Assembly (NCBI GenBank): GCA_037834085.1 | Contig: JBBMKC010237128.1 | Span: 1-32,273 of the forward strand | From: Bipalium vagum | Taxonomy: Eukaryota | DNA: 32,273 nucleotides | Direction of reading: 5' to 3' | Shown here: positions 13,270-25,849 of the stretch, one piece after another | Numbering within the stretch: position 1 is the first letter of the stretch | Layout: each line of letters starts with the position of its first letter | Translations under genes and position numbers: made by a program | Notes under the pieces: generated by a model | Seen by the model: the letters and a program-made list of their open reading frames with translations, nothing else | Database searches by the model: none | Told to the model about the DNA's origin: nothing

Positions 13270-13720
13270 GTTGGCTTTTTGGTTGATCTTCCTTCATTTA
13301 TCTTTAAAGTGTGACAGTTTTTGGGGTCTACTGCTAAATGAAATTTATGGTATACTGTCATACCACAGAGATAATTACAACTAAAATATTTTTAATGTTT
13401 TTCGATCCACGTGCTGATAGTCCTGGAACTAAAAATTCCAGAGATGAAATCACGAATGTTTTTGAGAATAATAAATATTTTATGAAATCATTCTAGTACG
13501 TGTTCATTAATAATTTTGTATCAATAATTTAAGTAATAAAATACGGATGATGAATTTTCTATTATTGATCCGATTTATTAATGTAAAGATAATTTCAAAA
13601 ACTTCATAAATATAACATTTCTATTTTATCTTAAGCTCTCTCGAATTATTGACTCACTTTCTTTCTCAGATCGACCTCGCATCACCAATTTACAAAATCT
13701 ACCATGTGAATTAACTTTTC
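13270..13720 (-). mobile_element. Possible highly decayed Merlin (IS1016/ISXO2-like) transposase relic
   Basis: Fragments NW*C, EFLVPG and MTVYHKFHLAVDPKNCHTLKI occur in the order expected for WRC, PGT and TVNH..FVDP.TG.HT..IE. Confidence 0.4.
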
Positions 13721-14159
13721 TCTATTTTTTGGTTCCTGTTTTCTGGCGCTTTTCCCATTTTTTAAAATTCCTTTCCTCTTCCTTAGAAAAGTTGTCATCT
13801 GCGATCTACATATCTTTCTGTGAAGCCAAAAATTTTATACTAATTTTTAATTTTTATATTTTATTAAATCTTATCAGTCCAATTCTCTTAATCCCACAAT
13901 TTTTTTAGTTATATGAACTATGTGCTATATACATATCAATAGACATCTACATGCATAAATTTAAATTTTTTACTTATACATATATAATCTTATATTAATA
14001 TTCCAATGATATGTCTAATATTTACTTAATTATTTTATTTTACTAAATTATTTTATTTATTATTATACTTCCTTTATATATATATAGTTTATTTTTTGCT
14101 ACCCTTGAAATTTTTCTTAAACCAAAAAAAGATGTGGGATTCTTTCTAATGTTATTTTA

Positions 14160-14900
14160 CAGTGCAGCCAACCACCGTTAATTCGGACCCTCATTAAACT
14201 GGAAAAAGGAATCATATGGGTATTTTACAAAAAAAATTGAACTAATTTTCAAATAATACCTTTATAATTCACCCCATTAATCCGAAAACCGAATTATGAA
14301 CAAATTTATAAATTTTTTTAATTGAAGTAATAACTCCCGTTAATCCAGTTAAATATGGAAAAAATTAAAAATAATGCTTAACAAAAAAATTTTATTATAA
14401 GACTTACTATATGTATTTACAAAATCAAATTATTGTTAAATTAGTATTCAATACTTAACTTAATTTACAAAGTAAAAAAATTTATATTTTTTATAGATTT
14501 TAAAGGAAGATGGGACCATGTTTAGTTTTCAACCCACTTAGATTACATAAAATACTTGAATGGGTTAACATAAAACCTTGTCATCAATTGATTATCAAAA
14601 AATGTATTGGGTTACAAAATAAACTTGTTACCAATTGTCAATTGGCTAGGAATAAAATCTTACTCATCGCACAGTCTATCACAAACATAATTTTGTAAAT
14701 AAAAAACCGATGCCAATACCCAGTGAATTGAATCAAGCTGAGAAACATTAAAAAGTAAGACAAAATGTTTGAAGGGAATATATGGAACGGTACTGAAGTC
14801 TTACCTGGACATTTTCTTAAGAAAGATCCCAAGGCCGTATTTGATTTATTAAATAAATTTTTTAAGTAATTGTCAAAAAACATGAGTTGGGAAAAGAACA
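14160..14900 (+). mobile_element. Possible pogo/Tigger-like left end with decayed HTH
   Basis: TA|CAGTG start, then a repeated CC(G/A)TTAAT(C/T)C motif at about 14176, 14273 and 14336. ORF 14510-14698 (HKILEWV..HQLIIKKCIG..V..RNKI) is weakly like a CENP-B/psq HTH. No right TIR was found. Confidence 0.35.
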
Positions 14901-14939
14901 TGATTATGTTGGTTATGAAACAAACATGATAATCTTATG

Positions 14940-15310
14940 CGGGTTAGAAAACAAAATGGATTGAAAACTAAACATGATTCCTGCAAAAACCAAAATATCT
15001 AGTAATTGTGTAATTAGTATTTGCCAAAAAAGATTGGTTGGAAAGTCCATGAAAGAGGACCAAAATGAAAAATAAATGCGACCTGTAAGTTTATGTTGAA
15101 GAAGCAAATAAGCTATTTGAAGGACAATGGTGAAAAGGTAAATTGTTGAAAATTGATTGATTCCTGCAATATTCCAATTTCACGGTTTACCATTGCATGT
15201 TAACTGAAACAGCGAAGCATGAGGTACAGAAAAGTCAGAAGACGTTTACATCTAAGCCCATTGGACAAGGCTAAACGTCGTGATTTAGCGAAGTTGTTAG
15301 CAGAAAAAGT
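14940..15310 (+). mobile_element. Tc1-family transposase N-terminal relic
   Basis: Reads KRGPK*KI..LKKQISYLKDNGEKVN..SCNIPISRFTI..LKQRSMRYRKVRRRLHLSPLDKAKRRDLA, the HTH/linker pattern of Tc1-like transposases, with stops. Confidence 0.6.
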
Positions 15311-15549
15311 GTATTCGGGATCTTTTATGTGACATGTTCATAAATTGAGTATATAAAAACAGGGAAAACAATAAAAAGAGTGAAAGGTGCATGATATTTA
15401 CGGTTGATTTTAACACCATCCTTTTGGAATTTTATCAAGAAATTATTTAAATTTAATTATATAAATTATACGTTTGAAGATTAACTATTAAATGTAAGTA
15501 TTTCTGTCTGTCGAATACTAAGATTTTATAAAAAAAATTATTTAGTAAG

Positions 15550-16740
15550 ATGAGTAAAATTTCAAGATTAACCGACACCGAGAAAAGAATAATCTATGCC
15601 TACCACGACTCCGGAAAATCGAACAGATGGATCGGCACTTAGGGAAGAATGAAAGTAGTATAAGATACTTTTTAAAGAATAAAAATAAAAGAACACATGG
15701 GGTCCTAAGGCGAAGATTTCCGCAGAAACGAAGCGTTCCATTATTAGGAATGCCATCAACCAAAGCATATCCTGTGCAAAAATAAAAACGCTATTCAACC
15801 TAAATTGGTCCGTAGAGAGTATTAGAAAGATCTTAAATAAATCTTGGACGATCCGGTATAAGATGTTGGTAAAACCCCCTTTGAAGCCACAATAGAAAAA
15901 ATCTATCGTGTCTACTGAGTTAAAGAGAAAATGTCGTGGGTCACCGAATGGGAGGTCATCTGGAGTGACGAGATGAAGTTTAATTTGGATGTAACTGAGG
16001 GTTACGCATATTATTGGCAAGATTTGCAGAAGATATTTTTTTCGAATAGACACACTGAAGGAAGTTCATTTTTGATTGGGATTGTTTCAATTACCAATTA
16101 CTCTCGTGCTTATTACTGGCAGGCTAAATCAATTTGATTATCAAATGCTTTTAGGAGAACATTTACTTCCCTTTATTAATGATTTCGTCGGAGACAAACC
16201 AATTTTCCAACAGGATAATTGTCGATGCCATTTTGCACGTTCCACTTCACAATGGCTACAAAACAGAGATATTGATGTTATGTCTTGGTCGCCCTAATCA
16301 CCAGACCTGAATTGCATAGAAAATCTTTGGGGGATACTAGCACGTCGGGTATATGCTAATGGGAAACAATATGAATCAATTTCAGAGCTGGAACGAATTC
16401 ACTGTTTGGAAGAAATCGATAACAGCGTTCTGCGACCATTGGTAAATTCTATGCCAAATAGAATTTATGAAGTGATTTATTCCCATGCAAGTTCAACTAA
16501 ATATTAACAATCGAAAAAAAATTCAAAATGTATTTTTTATTATGATATACGTCTTTTGTAAATATGCGGCAATAAATTATTTTAATTTTTTCGTATATAT
16601 ATATTAATAGGATGGATATATTGTTATATTACTTTTATATATATAATAATATTTATATATATATTAATAATATTTATATATATAAATAACTTTGATAGCT
16701 TCTACATACAAAAAATATGCATTTTCTCAGTTCGGCACTG
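15550..16740 (+). mobile_element. Tc3-like DD34E transposon, near full-length transposase pseudogene (15550-16507) with right end
   Basis: Reads VIWSDEMKFNLD..EGYAYYWQDLQK..FQQDNCRCH..SWSP*SPDLNCIENLWGILARRVYANGKQY..LVNSMPNRIYEVI..TKY*, with D-(34)-E spacing and close resemblance to C. elegans Tc3. It ends ...GGCACTG|TA at 16740. No left TIR was found. Confidence 0.93.
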
Positions 16741-17341
16741 TATTAAAAAGTCTTAATTTACACTGAGATGTAATATTTTTATGATTCAAAATCAAGTTTT
16801 AAATAATCTCACTAATATAACATCAATAACAAGTCCGTATCAATAATTGTTAATATTTCAATAGACTATTATAAAATAACTAAATACACAGCTACAAGAG
16901 TAACGATAACAAGATATGTCAATATCTTGTAAAAGATACAAAATCGGACAATATCAATAAATCAGAGACAGATAGCTAATTATACTTGTAAACTAAAAAA
17001 TACACGACAAAAGATTCCACATAGTCTACAAAATATTAAAACAAATCTCAACACTGCACTATGGAAAAAGCTATAGCAAAAAACCTTAAAAGGTGAAAAA
17101 ACAAATGCATTGCTACGAATCAACAAAAAAAGGTTTTGAATATATAAAATTATAAACGATCACTGTTCATTATTATTATTATGCTTTGAAGGAAAAATAA
17201 AGTAATATTTTGTGTTTCTAAGAATAGACATAATCAATCATGCATGACAATATTATAAAGCTAATTATTATCACACTCAAAAAACCGAGAGATCCGCCGC
17301 GTTAACCATTCTGTGTAATTGGAAATCAATAAATACTTTTT

Positions 17342-20300
17342 TTAAGTACTAGCAGCTATTGTTCCACGAACTTCACCCCTGCCTCGTTGCTAAATGTTAT
17401 AAAATAAGAATACTAAAATGTGCGTTTTTCTGTTTTTTAATTAAATATGAACACGATTTTATGATTTTTTTCTTAAATTCTTTAAACTCATCTGATAAAA
17501 CCAACAAGTGCTAATGATAAAAATATAAAGCCATAATAATACATTATTTATGTACAAGATGTCAATTAAGTAGCTGAGTAACTTTAAAGCGTAATAAATC
17601 GTTAAATATTTGCATTTTTTCATCTGAACTACTGTCACTTGTAGGTAAACATATCATATTTAAAATTATACTGTACAGGTAAACCTTTAATTAACGAATA
17701 CCAAGTTAGAAATTTTTACTGATGTTCGTTACAGAAAAGTAACGAACATGTATTACACAATAGCAAATAATTTTGAAATTATTAAATATTTATCGGTAAA
17801 ATGTCGCATATTTGAGGGCATAAGAATAAATTACAAATTGAAATCTTCTGACAGATAATTCTTCCGACATAATTTTTCTTCAAACAAAAATTATTAAGTC
17901 GAGATCTCTTTTGTAGAAATCCACTGCAGATTCCAACTGTTTAAATACTATTTTGGTCAAACGATAAATCAATCGTAGACCAGTTTTATCAATAAAGGAT
18001 GCCCATTCCCTTTTTAGGTCTTTAATGCTAAATCGCCACTGTCAAGATTAGATCAGTTTTGGAAAAAGGATAAATTTATATTTTATTAATAATATTATTA
18101 TAATTAATATTTACACTTTTAATTATTATTATTTTACTTCTGACCTTTTGCGGTCTTTAACATAAATTTCTTACAAAGGTTAACAGAAATGTGTCCTTGA
18201 CTAACCGAAAATTTTTTAAAATTAAATTATTACTTTTAAAACTGATCGAATATTTAAAAAATATTTTAAGGCGTTCGTTATACTTGAAATTTAAATTTTC
18301 TTTAGAAAATATACGAAAATTTTTTGTTCGTTCGTTTAGACAGGGTTCGTTATTTAAATTTCTCATTTGGAGTATTAAAATTCGTTCGTTATTAAGTAGT
18401 GGTTCGTTAAATACAGGTTTACCCGTATATTTTTTATTTTAGTTTATGAATTGACTGTTGAGAAATCACAGGCTTAGCGTTGAAGAGTGAATCAAAATCA
18501 TTGAATTGAAATATAAATTTAACTCACCTATAAAAAAAATTAAAGAATATGGAAATTGGAAATTAATGATAATGAAAAGAAAGGAAAAATTATCGCAATT
18601 ATTTGGAGAAAAGCTTCCAATATCCAAAAAACTCACAATAACTTAATAATTAACATTTCTTCCTATTGGAAAGACAACAGTTTCTTTACAATAGCAGTAT
18701 AATATATATATGATAATATTCCATATGCGATGTTATTGATTTTATATGTACCAACATCACTAGAAATTTTAATACACAACTTATTCGATATTTTTTTAAT
18801 ATTAAATTAATTAATATATTATTGATTTTTAATTAATTTTCATAATAATAATAATAATAATAATAGAATAAATAGAAATAATATTAATATTAGTTATAAT
18901 GATAATAATAGTTATTATTAATTACTTCGTCGAGCTCTTTTTTCGTTACATCCTCTAAATGTCTAACGTCACTCAAAGAAAGTGCATGCCAATTATCCAT
19001 CCAACAAAAAATTCGTCGATGAAAATTCCGGAATATCCTCTCTTCTTGCTAAATAAGATAGAAGCAGCACAAAAATATATAGTTCGTCCACTCACTTTCA
19101 TTATGAAATTTTCTACTCTGGTCTGCAACCCCCACCATTTGAAATCACACATAACCAACTTGTAGGAGCACATAATAGGCATTGTTGAGTTCTATAATAT
19201 AAAAACACCGATATGAATTCTTTTGTACAAAAGTTAGATTTCAATGCATTTTTGGAGTTTTTAATATCTATTGTTTTGACAGTATTGATGCTTATATTTC
19301 GTTAATTATGATGTTAAGTTTCTAGAATGGCTAATTACATTATTGAAAAGGATAGAAGTAAAAGTTGAACAACTTGAATAATTTTCTTGGAAAAAATACG
19401 ATTAACTTGTGAAATAAAAAAAAACACAGAACACTTAACCAATATTGATAAAATGTGAACATTGACTTCAAGCTTTATCAGATATAACTGTTAGAGTTGA
19501 AGTTTTAATTTTATATCAATAATAATAATAAATAAATATTATGGAATTGCAAATTTGATTCTAACCTCCCACCATTTTGGTCCCAACAAAGGACCTCTTC
19601 CAGTTTTTTGGGATTGGAATATAGTCGGGTCTGATTCCGGTAAATAATCCCAACTGTCTACCGGATCGTTAGCAATATCGATATACACAACTTCTCTTTG
19701 AGCCAATAACTCATCGCTTAATTCGTGAATCTAATTGATAATACTATTATTACTAATATTCTTATTATTTTAAAAAATCGATACATATTTAAAAAAATAC
19801 ACCAAAATTAAATTAGTCATTAAAAGGAAAATAGAATGGATACAGAGAACTATGAAGTCTTTTTTAGAGTCGCATTGAACGAAATTGTGCACTCATAATG
19901 ACTTCTTATTTATGAGATACAAAATAAATATTAAAAATAAGCAATGATTTTTAATTTTTTAAAATTAGAATTATTGTTTAATAGCTAAAAATGTACTATT
20001 TGTAATATACTGAAAATTGTAAAGTTATAACGAAGATCGTTGTCCATTAACTCTATCAAGAGTGATTATTCAGAAGAACATATAACAGAAACTATATTTT
20101 AATATTATAAAACAAATAAAATTCTTTTGACTGGAATTAATTTATTAACCAGTTTAAGTTTTTTGATTTAAAGTCTCGACAAATCAATTTGTTTTTGTTA
20201 TCACAAATCTAAGATAGATTTTGTTCGATTGTTCATGGTTTACTCAGCACGTTGTGGAACTGATTATAATTTGTAAATGGCAGAAAAACAAACGAAATAG

Positions 20301-21823
20301 ACCACCATACCTTAAAAAAGTACTATTTTAACTGAAACTTTGTATATTGACTGATTGATATCAAAAAAATTATTTTACCAAATGATCATGATCGATAAAT
20401 CCATAATGTATAAATGTACAATGAGTGAATTCACTCTATGGTTGTGTGAACAATTATTGAGATTGTTGATTATTAATACACTGAGTTTTGTACAGTTACA
20501 TTATAAAATCATTTAATCTGTTAATATTTAAAAATACTGATAAATTTTCTCCCTAACGATTATTCATAAGAGCTTAATTGATTGATAATTTTATTTAAGT
20601 GACATCTATTTCTGTTGTCTTGCTAGTTATTATTGGTGAAAATTTTATTTGATTCTCTTCGATTATCATTTTTTTAATTTTACAGTTGACTGAATAAATA
20701 CAGTCAAAGCAAAATCTGTCAACGTTTTAAACAAGTAAAATTAAAATTTTAAACCAATGTCTGCTAATAATACAGCTAGATTCTTATAACTAAAAATAAT
20801 ATCTAAATCACTTTATCTGAAAATTGATTTTCTTAAAATGACATTATAAATAAATTTTGAAAATTATCATCAAATCAATAACAATATCCAAAAATAATAT
20901 GAAACCAAATCTGAATTTGGCAACGTGAAAAATTGTCATTGTCAAATAAAAAAAAATTATTCGTTTATTGGGAACTATTTTTTAAGAATATAAATATTAT
21001 TGAAACAATTTTTGTGCAAAAGATAAACCATCATCACCATAAAACAAATAATTGATCATTCACCAAAGTTAAGTCAGTAATCCGTAAAAATAAAGTCAGA
21101 GTGATAGATATACCCAAAAGCAAAGATATGCAAATCCCTCTGTTTACCAAGGAAACTTACCACTTACCACACATCTTCAGGTAAAGGGAAATCTACCTTT
21201 CCTGAACATTAAGCTGCTAACGAGTATTAGGATGAAAAAATTGCGAAAGTAGATAAAGTCGAAATATCAAAGCTTTGGAGATTATTTTCAAAAATTTAAC
21301 TTTTCCACATTTAAGAACTTACATTTTCGTTTTGATAATCATTTTGTAAATGCATACTTTCAATTTTTATTATGAACTTGTCTGCCATGTAATTTGGATT
21401 CTAAATTCATTTAAGATTTAAAAAATTTCCGTATAATTTTACCTCCAATATTGTTCTACAATATGGATAAGCATTCCAGGCCTTTTCAACAATTTCTAAA
21501 GAGTTTTTAGGCGCTAAATATCGTATAAAAGTTGGAATTTTTTGTTCTAAATAATAAATTTTGTAGGTAAACTGTCCTCGTTCATATAAATGGGAATCCT
21601 TTTTTAATGGAGTTTCAGGAGGATTTATTTCAGAATCAAATGGTTCGTTCTTAACCACTTCAATTCCTTCTCCACCACCTGTTTCACTTTTTGACATTTC
21701 AGCAACACTCCATAACTGTGCTATATGATATTCTTCGACTGTCATAGGTAAAATAATTCGACTAAATATAATATTTAAATATAATATTTAATAAGCAACT
21801 ACTAACAATTCTCTAATAATCAT
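17342..21823 (-). CDS. Class I phosphatidylinositol transfer protein (PITP alpha/beta-like), 7 exons, 281 aa
   Basis: Exons: 21823-21807, 21761-21443, 21400-21323, 19730-19566, 19191-19096, 19048-18926, 17389-17342 (ends TAA); 846 nt in total. All introns are GT-AG (45, 42, 1592, 374, 47, 1536 nt). Translation: [123 protein letters not shown], matching metazoan PITP along its full length. Confidence 0.96.
17676..18425 (-). mobile_element. Non-autonomous pogo/Tigger-type element (750 bp) with TIRs and TA target duplication, in the last PITP intron
   Basis: Left end TA|CAGGTAAACCTTTAATTAACGAA; reverse complement of the right end TA|CGGGTAAACCTGTATTTAACGAA (3 mismatches in 23 nt). Subterminal GTTCGTT motifs are repeated. 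An internal minus-strand [12 protein letters not shown] resembles a CENP-B HTH. Confidence 0.85.
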
Positions 21824-23059
21824 ATTTAAAAATTACTAATTCAATAATAAGATTTTTTCGAAATCAATTGTTTTTGAATAAAAGATAAACAAAAAATAAT
21901 TCCAACAATTAGTATTCAATATTATAAATTATACTTTTTGGAAATTGAAGTTTTGAAAAGTAACTTATATCCATTAGAATTAATAAGCATTAATAAAATC
22001 TTCAATGTTTCACTAACCTATTAGCAACGGTTAATCTATGGGATTGAATTTTTTGATTCTTCACAAAATTTGCACTAGAGCATTAACTATTTTCCCAAAG
22101 TTCAAAGATTTGAAAAAGATTTATATAGATACATAAAGTATCTTATTCTTAAAATTAAATTTAACACACTAAATCAGTGATTCTCAACATTTTTATCACA
22201 GGACCCTTTAAAAAGATTAATTCTATAGAGAAACGATTGATCCTTGGCAGTTTGAACCAATGACTAAAATTTTATATCAATTTGTTTTAATAATTTAATA
22301 TAGCTTTAAAATATGAGATTCTAGTAACTGTAAAAAAAATTTTCAGGTCGGAGGCTGTCTATTTTATTACAGACATATAAACAAAAGGACATTCATTTGT
22401 GATTTGCAAAGTTCAAATTAGGTTAATTTTGTTCTTCAAAGGTCACCAGCCAGCGAAATATTTATTCTATTATGCAAAAATATAGAGCTCTTCAAATTGA
22501 TCCTTTATAAAATGTCGGAAAGTCAGAAAAATAGAGACGGTAAATTAAGCTAAATATAGTGGTAAAAAAGTTAATATTTGATTTTCCAAGTAATACAGTT
22601 ACAAAAAGATATAGAATTATCAAGACTCAAATTTCAAAATTATTACTCTATATGGTTAAAACAATAAGTGAAATAAAATTGAGTTAAATGAATTAAATTG
22701 AAATAAATGAAATATAAATTGAGGCCAAACCATAACACCTTATGTCTACTTCAATATACTTGATAAAGTTCATGAATTCAAAAAATATTGATTATAATTT
22801 TTAAAACAGTTTTTATGCAACCATCTTTCCAATATATTAAAAAAATTTTGATTTTAGTTTTCTAAAGTCACTTATGATATGCTTAAAGAGTTAAGAATGT
22901 AAAATTAAAAAAAAAGGATTACGGTTATAAAATATATTGCTAATTTATCTGCTGGAAAAGAAGAAATTCACTTCCGGAATAATTTAGAAAAACTTTAAAA
23001 TTATTTATGATGATGTTATAAATGAAGGAAATCAACATTCTATGAAAACATAATAATGT

Positions 23060-24051
23060 TCAATAATATAACCAATATTTTCAATATGTTTAAAAATTAC
23101 ATTTCATATTTATCTTTTATATTCTTACAGCTACTTAGATCATCTTTTTTTAAACTAAGTGATCAAAATAAAAGGATTATGCTAATCGAGGTTCAAAATA
23201 AAAAGATGAGAAAAGCTATAAACTTAAATATTTATTAAAAACAAAATTGACTCTATTCTTTGCGTATTAGCACTAGTTTACTTGTTCACAAAATTCATTT
23301 TATGATTCACAGTTAGATGTGAATAGTTGTTCTTTGCCAATTGAAAGTATACTAGTCATTCATCACTCATTATAGTTGGACGAAGCTGAATAATGATTCT
23401 TGTAATGAGTAATAAAGTTGATCTTCCGTTATATGTAAAAATATGATTGCTATCTCCGAGTCGTTCATCATGCCAAAATGCCATAACTCATGTTCAGGAG
23501 TTTGCACTTTATGATTTTTGGGTTAGTATAAGTGGATTTAAGTGATCAAAATAAAGAAGAATAGTAAAATTGATCTAAAACGTCTATATAAACGATTCTG
23601 TCAACCCCATCTAGTTTAGTAAGGTGTTTCGAAAAAAAATTACATTGTTGTTTCATTTTGGCCTAAAACTATTAATAACCGATTTTGAAACTCCTATGTC
23701 TTCAGTTGCAGACTTTTTGGATCTGTCCAGGGCCAACAAATGTATTAAATAAATACAATTGTTCAGGGAAATCTTAAATTTTGCAATAAAATTTTTCTTC
23801 TGAATGTAAAATATTTTCTCGTATCTTTGCAATCGCACTGTAAACACCTTCAAAAAACCAGGTTACTTTTCTTTTTGTTGTTGATTCCTTAAAATGGTAA
23901 TCACAAGAATTACATTTATCTTAAAATTATTAAATAAAAACTAATTAATTAAAATTAAAATACCTGATAGTAATAAACCATTTTCTTTTAAGAATCAAAT
24001 TGCTCGGGCAGGAGAACCAATAATCAGGTGATTAATTTTCTTTAAGTCCAT
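23060..24051 (-). mobile_element. Merlin (IS1016/ISXO2-like) transposase pseudogene, apparently intron-containing
   Basis: Reads MDLKKINHLIIGSPARAI*FLKENGLLLS|DKCNSCD..RCLQCDCK..KLDGVDRIVYID..ELWHFGMM..STLLLI..PTIMSDE*LVY..YSHLTVNHKMNFVNK*TSANTQRIESI. This matches the Merlin Zn-ribbon and the VEIDE, WVFG, SD.W..Y and HLTVNH..FVD..TG.HTQ.IES motifs. The 3' boundary is approximate. Confidence 0.87.
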
Positions 24052-25849
24052 ATTTCTTAAAGTAAGATATTTAAAAATATATTTATTTATATTTATTTAT
24101 CAATGGCAATCGCTTTTGATAACATAATATGATGGTCATGAAAAGGCGATGCTCATTTTGTTCAACATAAGATGATGTGCTAACTTGTATTAGTATGGGA
24201 AATTTGAAAATTGAAGATTTTTATATCTTTGGAGTTGAAAATTTGATATAATTTTTTATTTTTACGATCAATGAAATCAGTCAGTTTTTTAAATTTTAAG
24301 AGAGTTTAGTTTTTACATTCAAGATTATTTTTTCAGAGTTTGTATCTCACTGGAAATTGTGCGGATATACAATATACTCAAAATTTTGCACAAAGAATCT
24401 TCTTTTGGTAATAAGTCAACATGTCAGTAAAAAATTAATTTTGGGTTTCTTAATATAATATAAGTACACTTATCAGCTAGAATGACATTCTTTTCCAAAT
24501 ATTTTCAATAGGGCAAAAGTTTTGTTTGACTAAAAGTCCATTAGAAACTTATTTTTAAAATTATATTTAAAATAAAAAATATTTTTTATTTATTTTTATG
24601 TAGTGAAAAAAATTAGGTAAAAGAAATTAATTTGAATAATAAAAAATTTTATTTCACTTAATTTTCATTTGATTTTCGATGCTCGATTATAAATTTCAAT
24701 TATTTTGATTTATTTTATATAAACATCATTAATTAGCTATAGAGTGTAAACATTTGACGAAAATCTATATTGGAATTTTTGATATTAAAAATTAATAGTC
24801 ATTAAATTTTTGTTAGACTTTGGTCTTCAAAATGGCAATTATAGACTGACAGTGTTGACTTTTTAAAAGAATTGCAAAAGCTTTTAAGTTGTTACTTTAT
24901 GATGCGTCTGTTTAGATTTGCCCTGGGCTTTGTATAGTTTGTTTTGCCGAAGTTTGAAATTATTTTATGTATTTTATATCCTAAGAAATACTCTTATGAA
25001 ACTCTCATATTCACATTTTTTTACTAATTTAAAGGAAATATTACAAGTAACTGAATTTTTCCAGAAAATTTTGATGATCTTATTTTTTAATTAATTAAAA
25101 AATCATTATAATTGAAAATTCTTTAAACAAAATTGATTCTTTAAAACAGTGGAATTCCCTTTCTGGTCATCATGGGATTTAATAATATTTCCAGATTTTT
25201 TTATATTTATCAAAAATTCTTATTCTTTTTAAAAGATTGTTAATTTTTTTTTATTAAATAAATTTATTAACTTCAGTTCTTTTTATAAAAGATATTGTGT
25301 ATAAAAAATATTTAATATCCATAGTACTTTGCCTTTTTATAATAAGAATATAAAAAATATTTTAGGTTGCTGAAAAAATCTTAAATTATTAAATTAATAT
25401 GATAAAATGATGTATAAATCAATTTTTTAAAGAAATGGACTATGAAAAATTTGATCAATAAATAAAGAAATACCTTGAATAAATTAATTTATTTTTAAAT
25501 TATATAACCATTATAATCTTAATAATTCCCAAGTTTAGGTATACTTGACTTTAGTAAGGAAGTAAATAACATTAATATTATGAATAAGTAATGTTCTGTC
25601 AGACTTTTTGACTGGCGTTCATCCTGGGGAAGAGTAATGGGTATTCTAAATATTCCCAATTGGGAAAAATATTAATTTCATTATAAATTAATTTTTTTAA
25701 GGTAATTTAACAGTTAAAAAAACTATTTATTTGTTTAAACAAAGAGTGAAAAATAAAAAATTGATAAAAAGACATTTATTTTTGTTTTATTTTTTTGTTA
25801 CCTTTTCTGAAAAATATAACAGAAAATAATCTTTACGAGATAAATTTGT

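Noticed and set aside
16780-17160. A/C-skewed stretch resembling a decayed non-LTR retrotransposon tail
   Set aside because: No recognisable RT or endonuclease motif in any frame.
2386-23358. TGA at conserved Trp positions in several TE relics (2386-2388, 17969-17971, 23356-23358), hinting at a TGA=Trp code
   Set aside because: Both host genes use TGG for Trp with no in-frame TGA, and the relics also carry TAA stops and frameshifts. G>A decay explains the pattern.
24800-25200. Third possible Merlin relic (PGQI*TD..NNL..SV..HFED) on the minus strand
   Set aside because: Too degenerate to support without a profile search.
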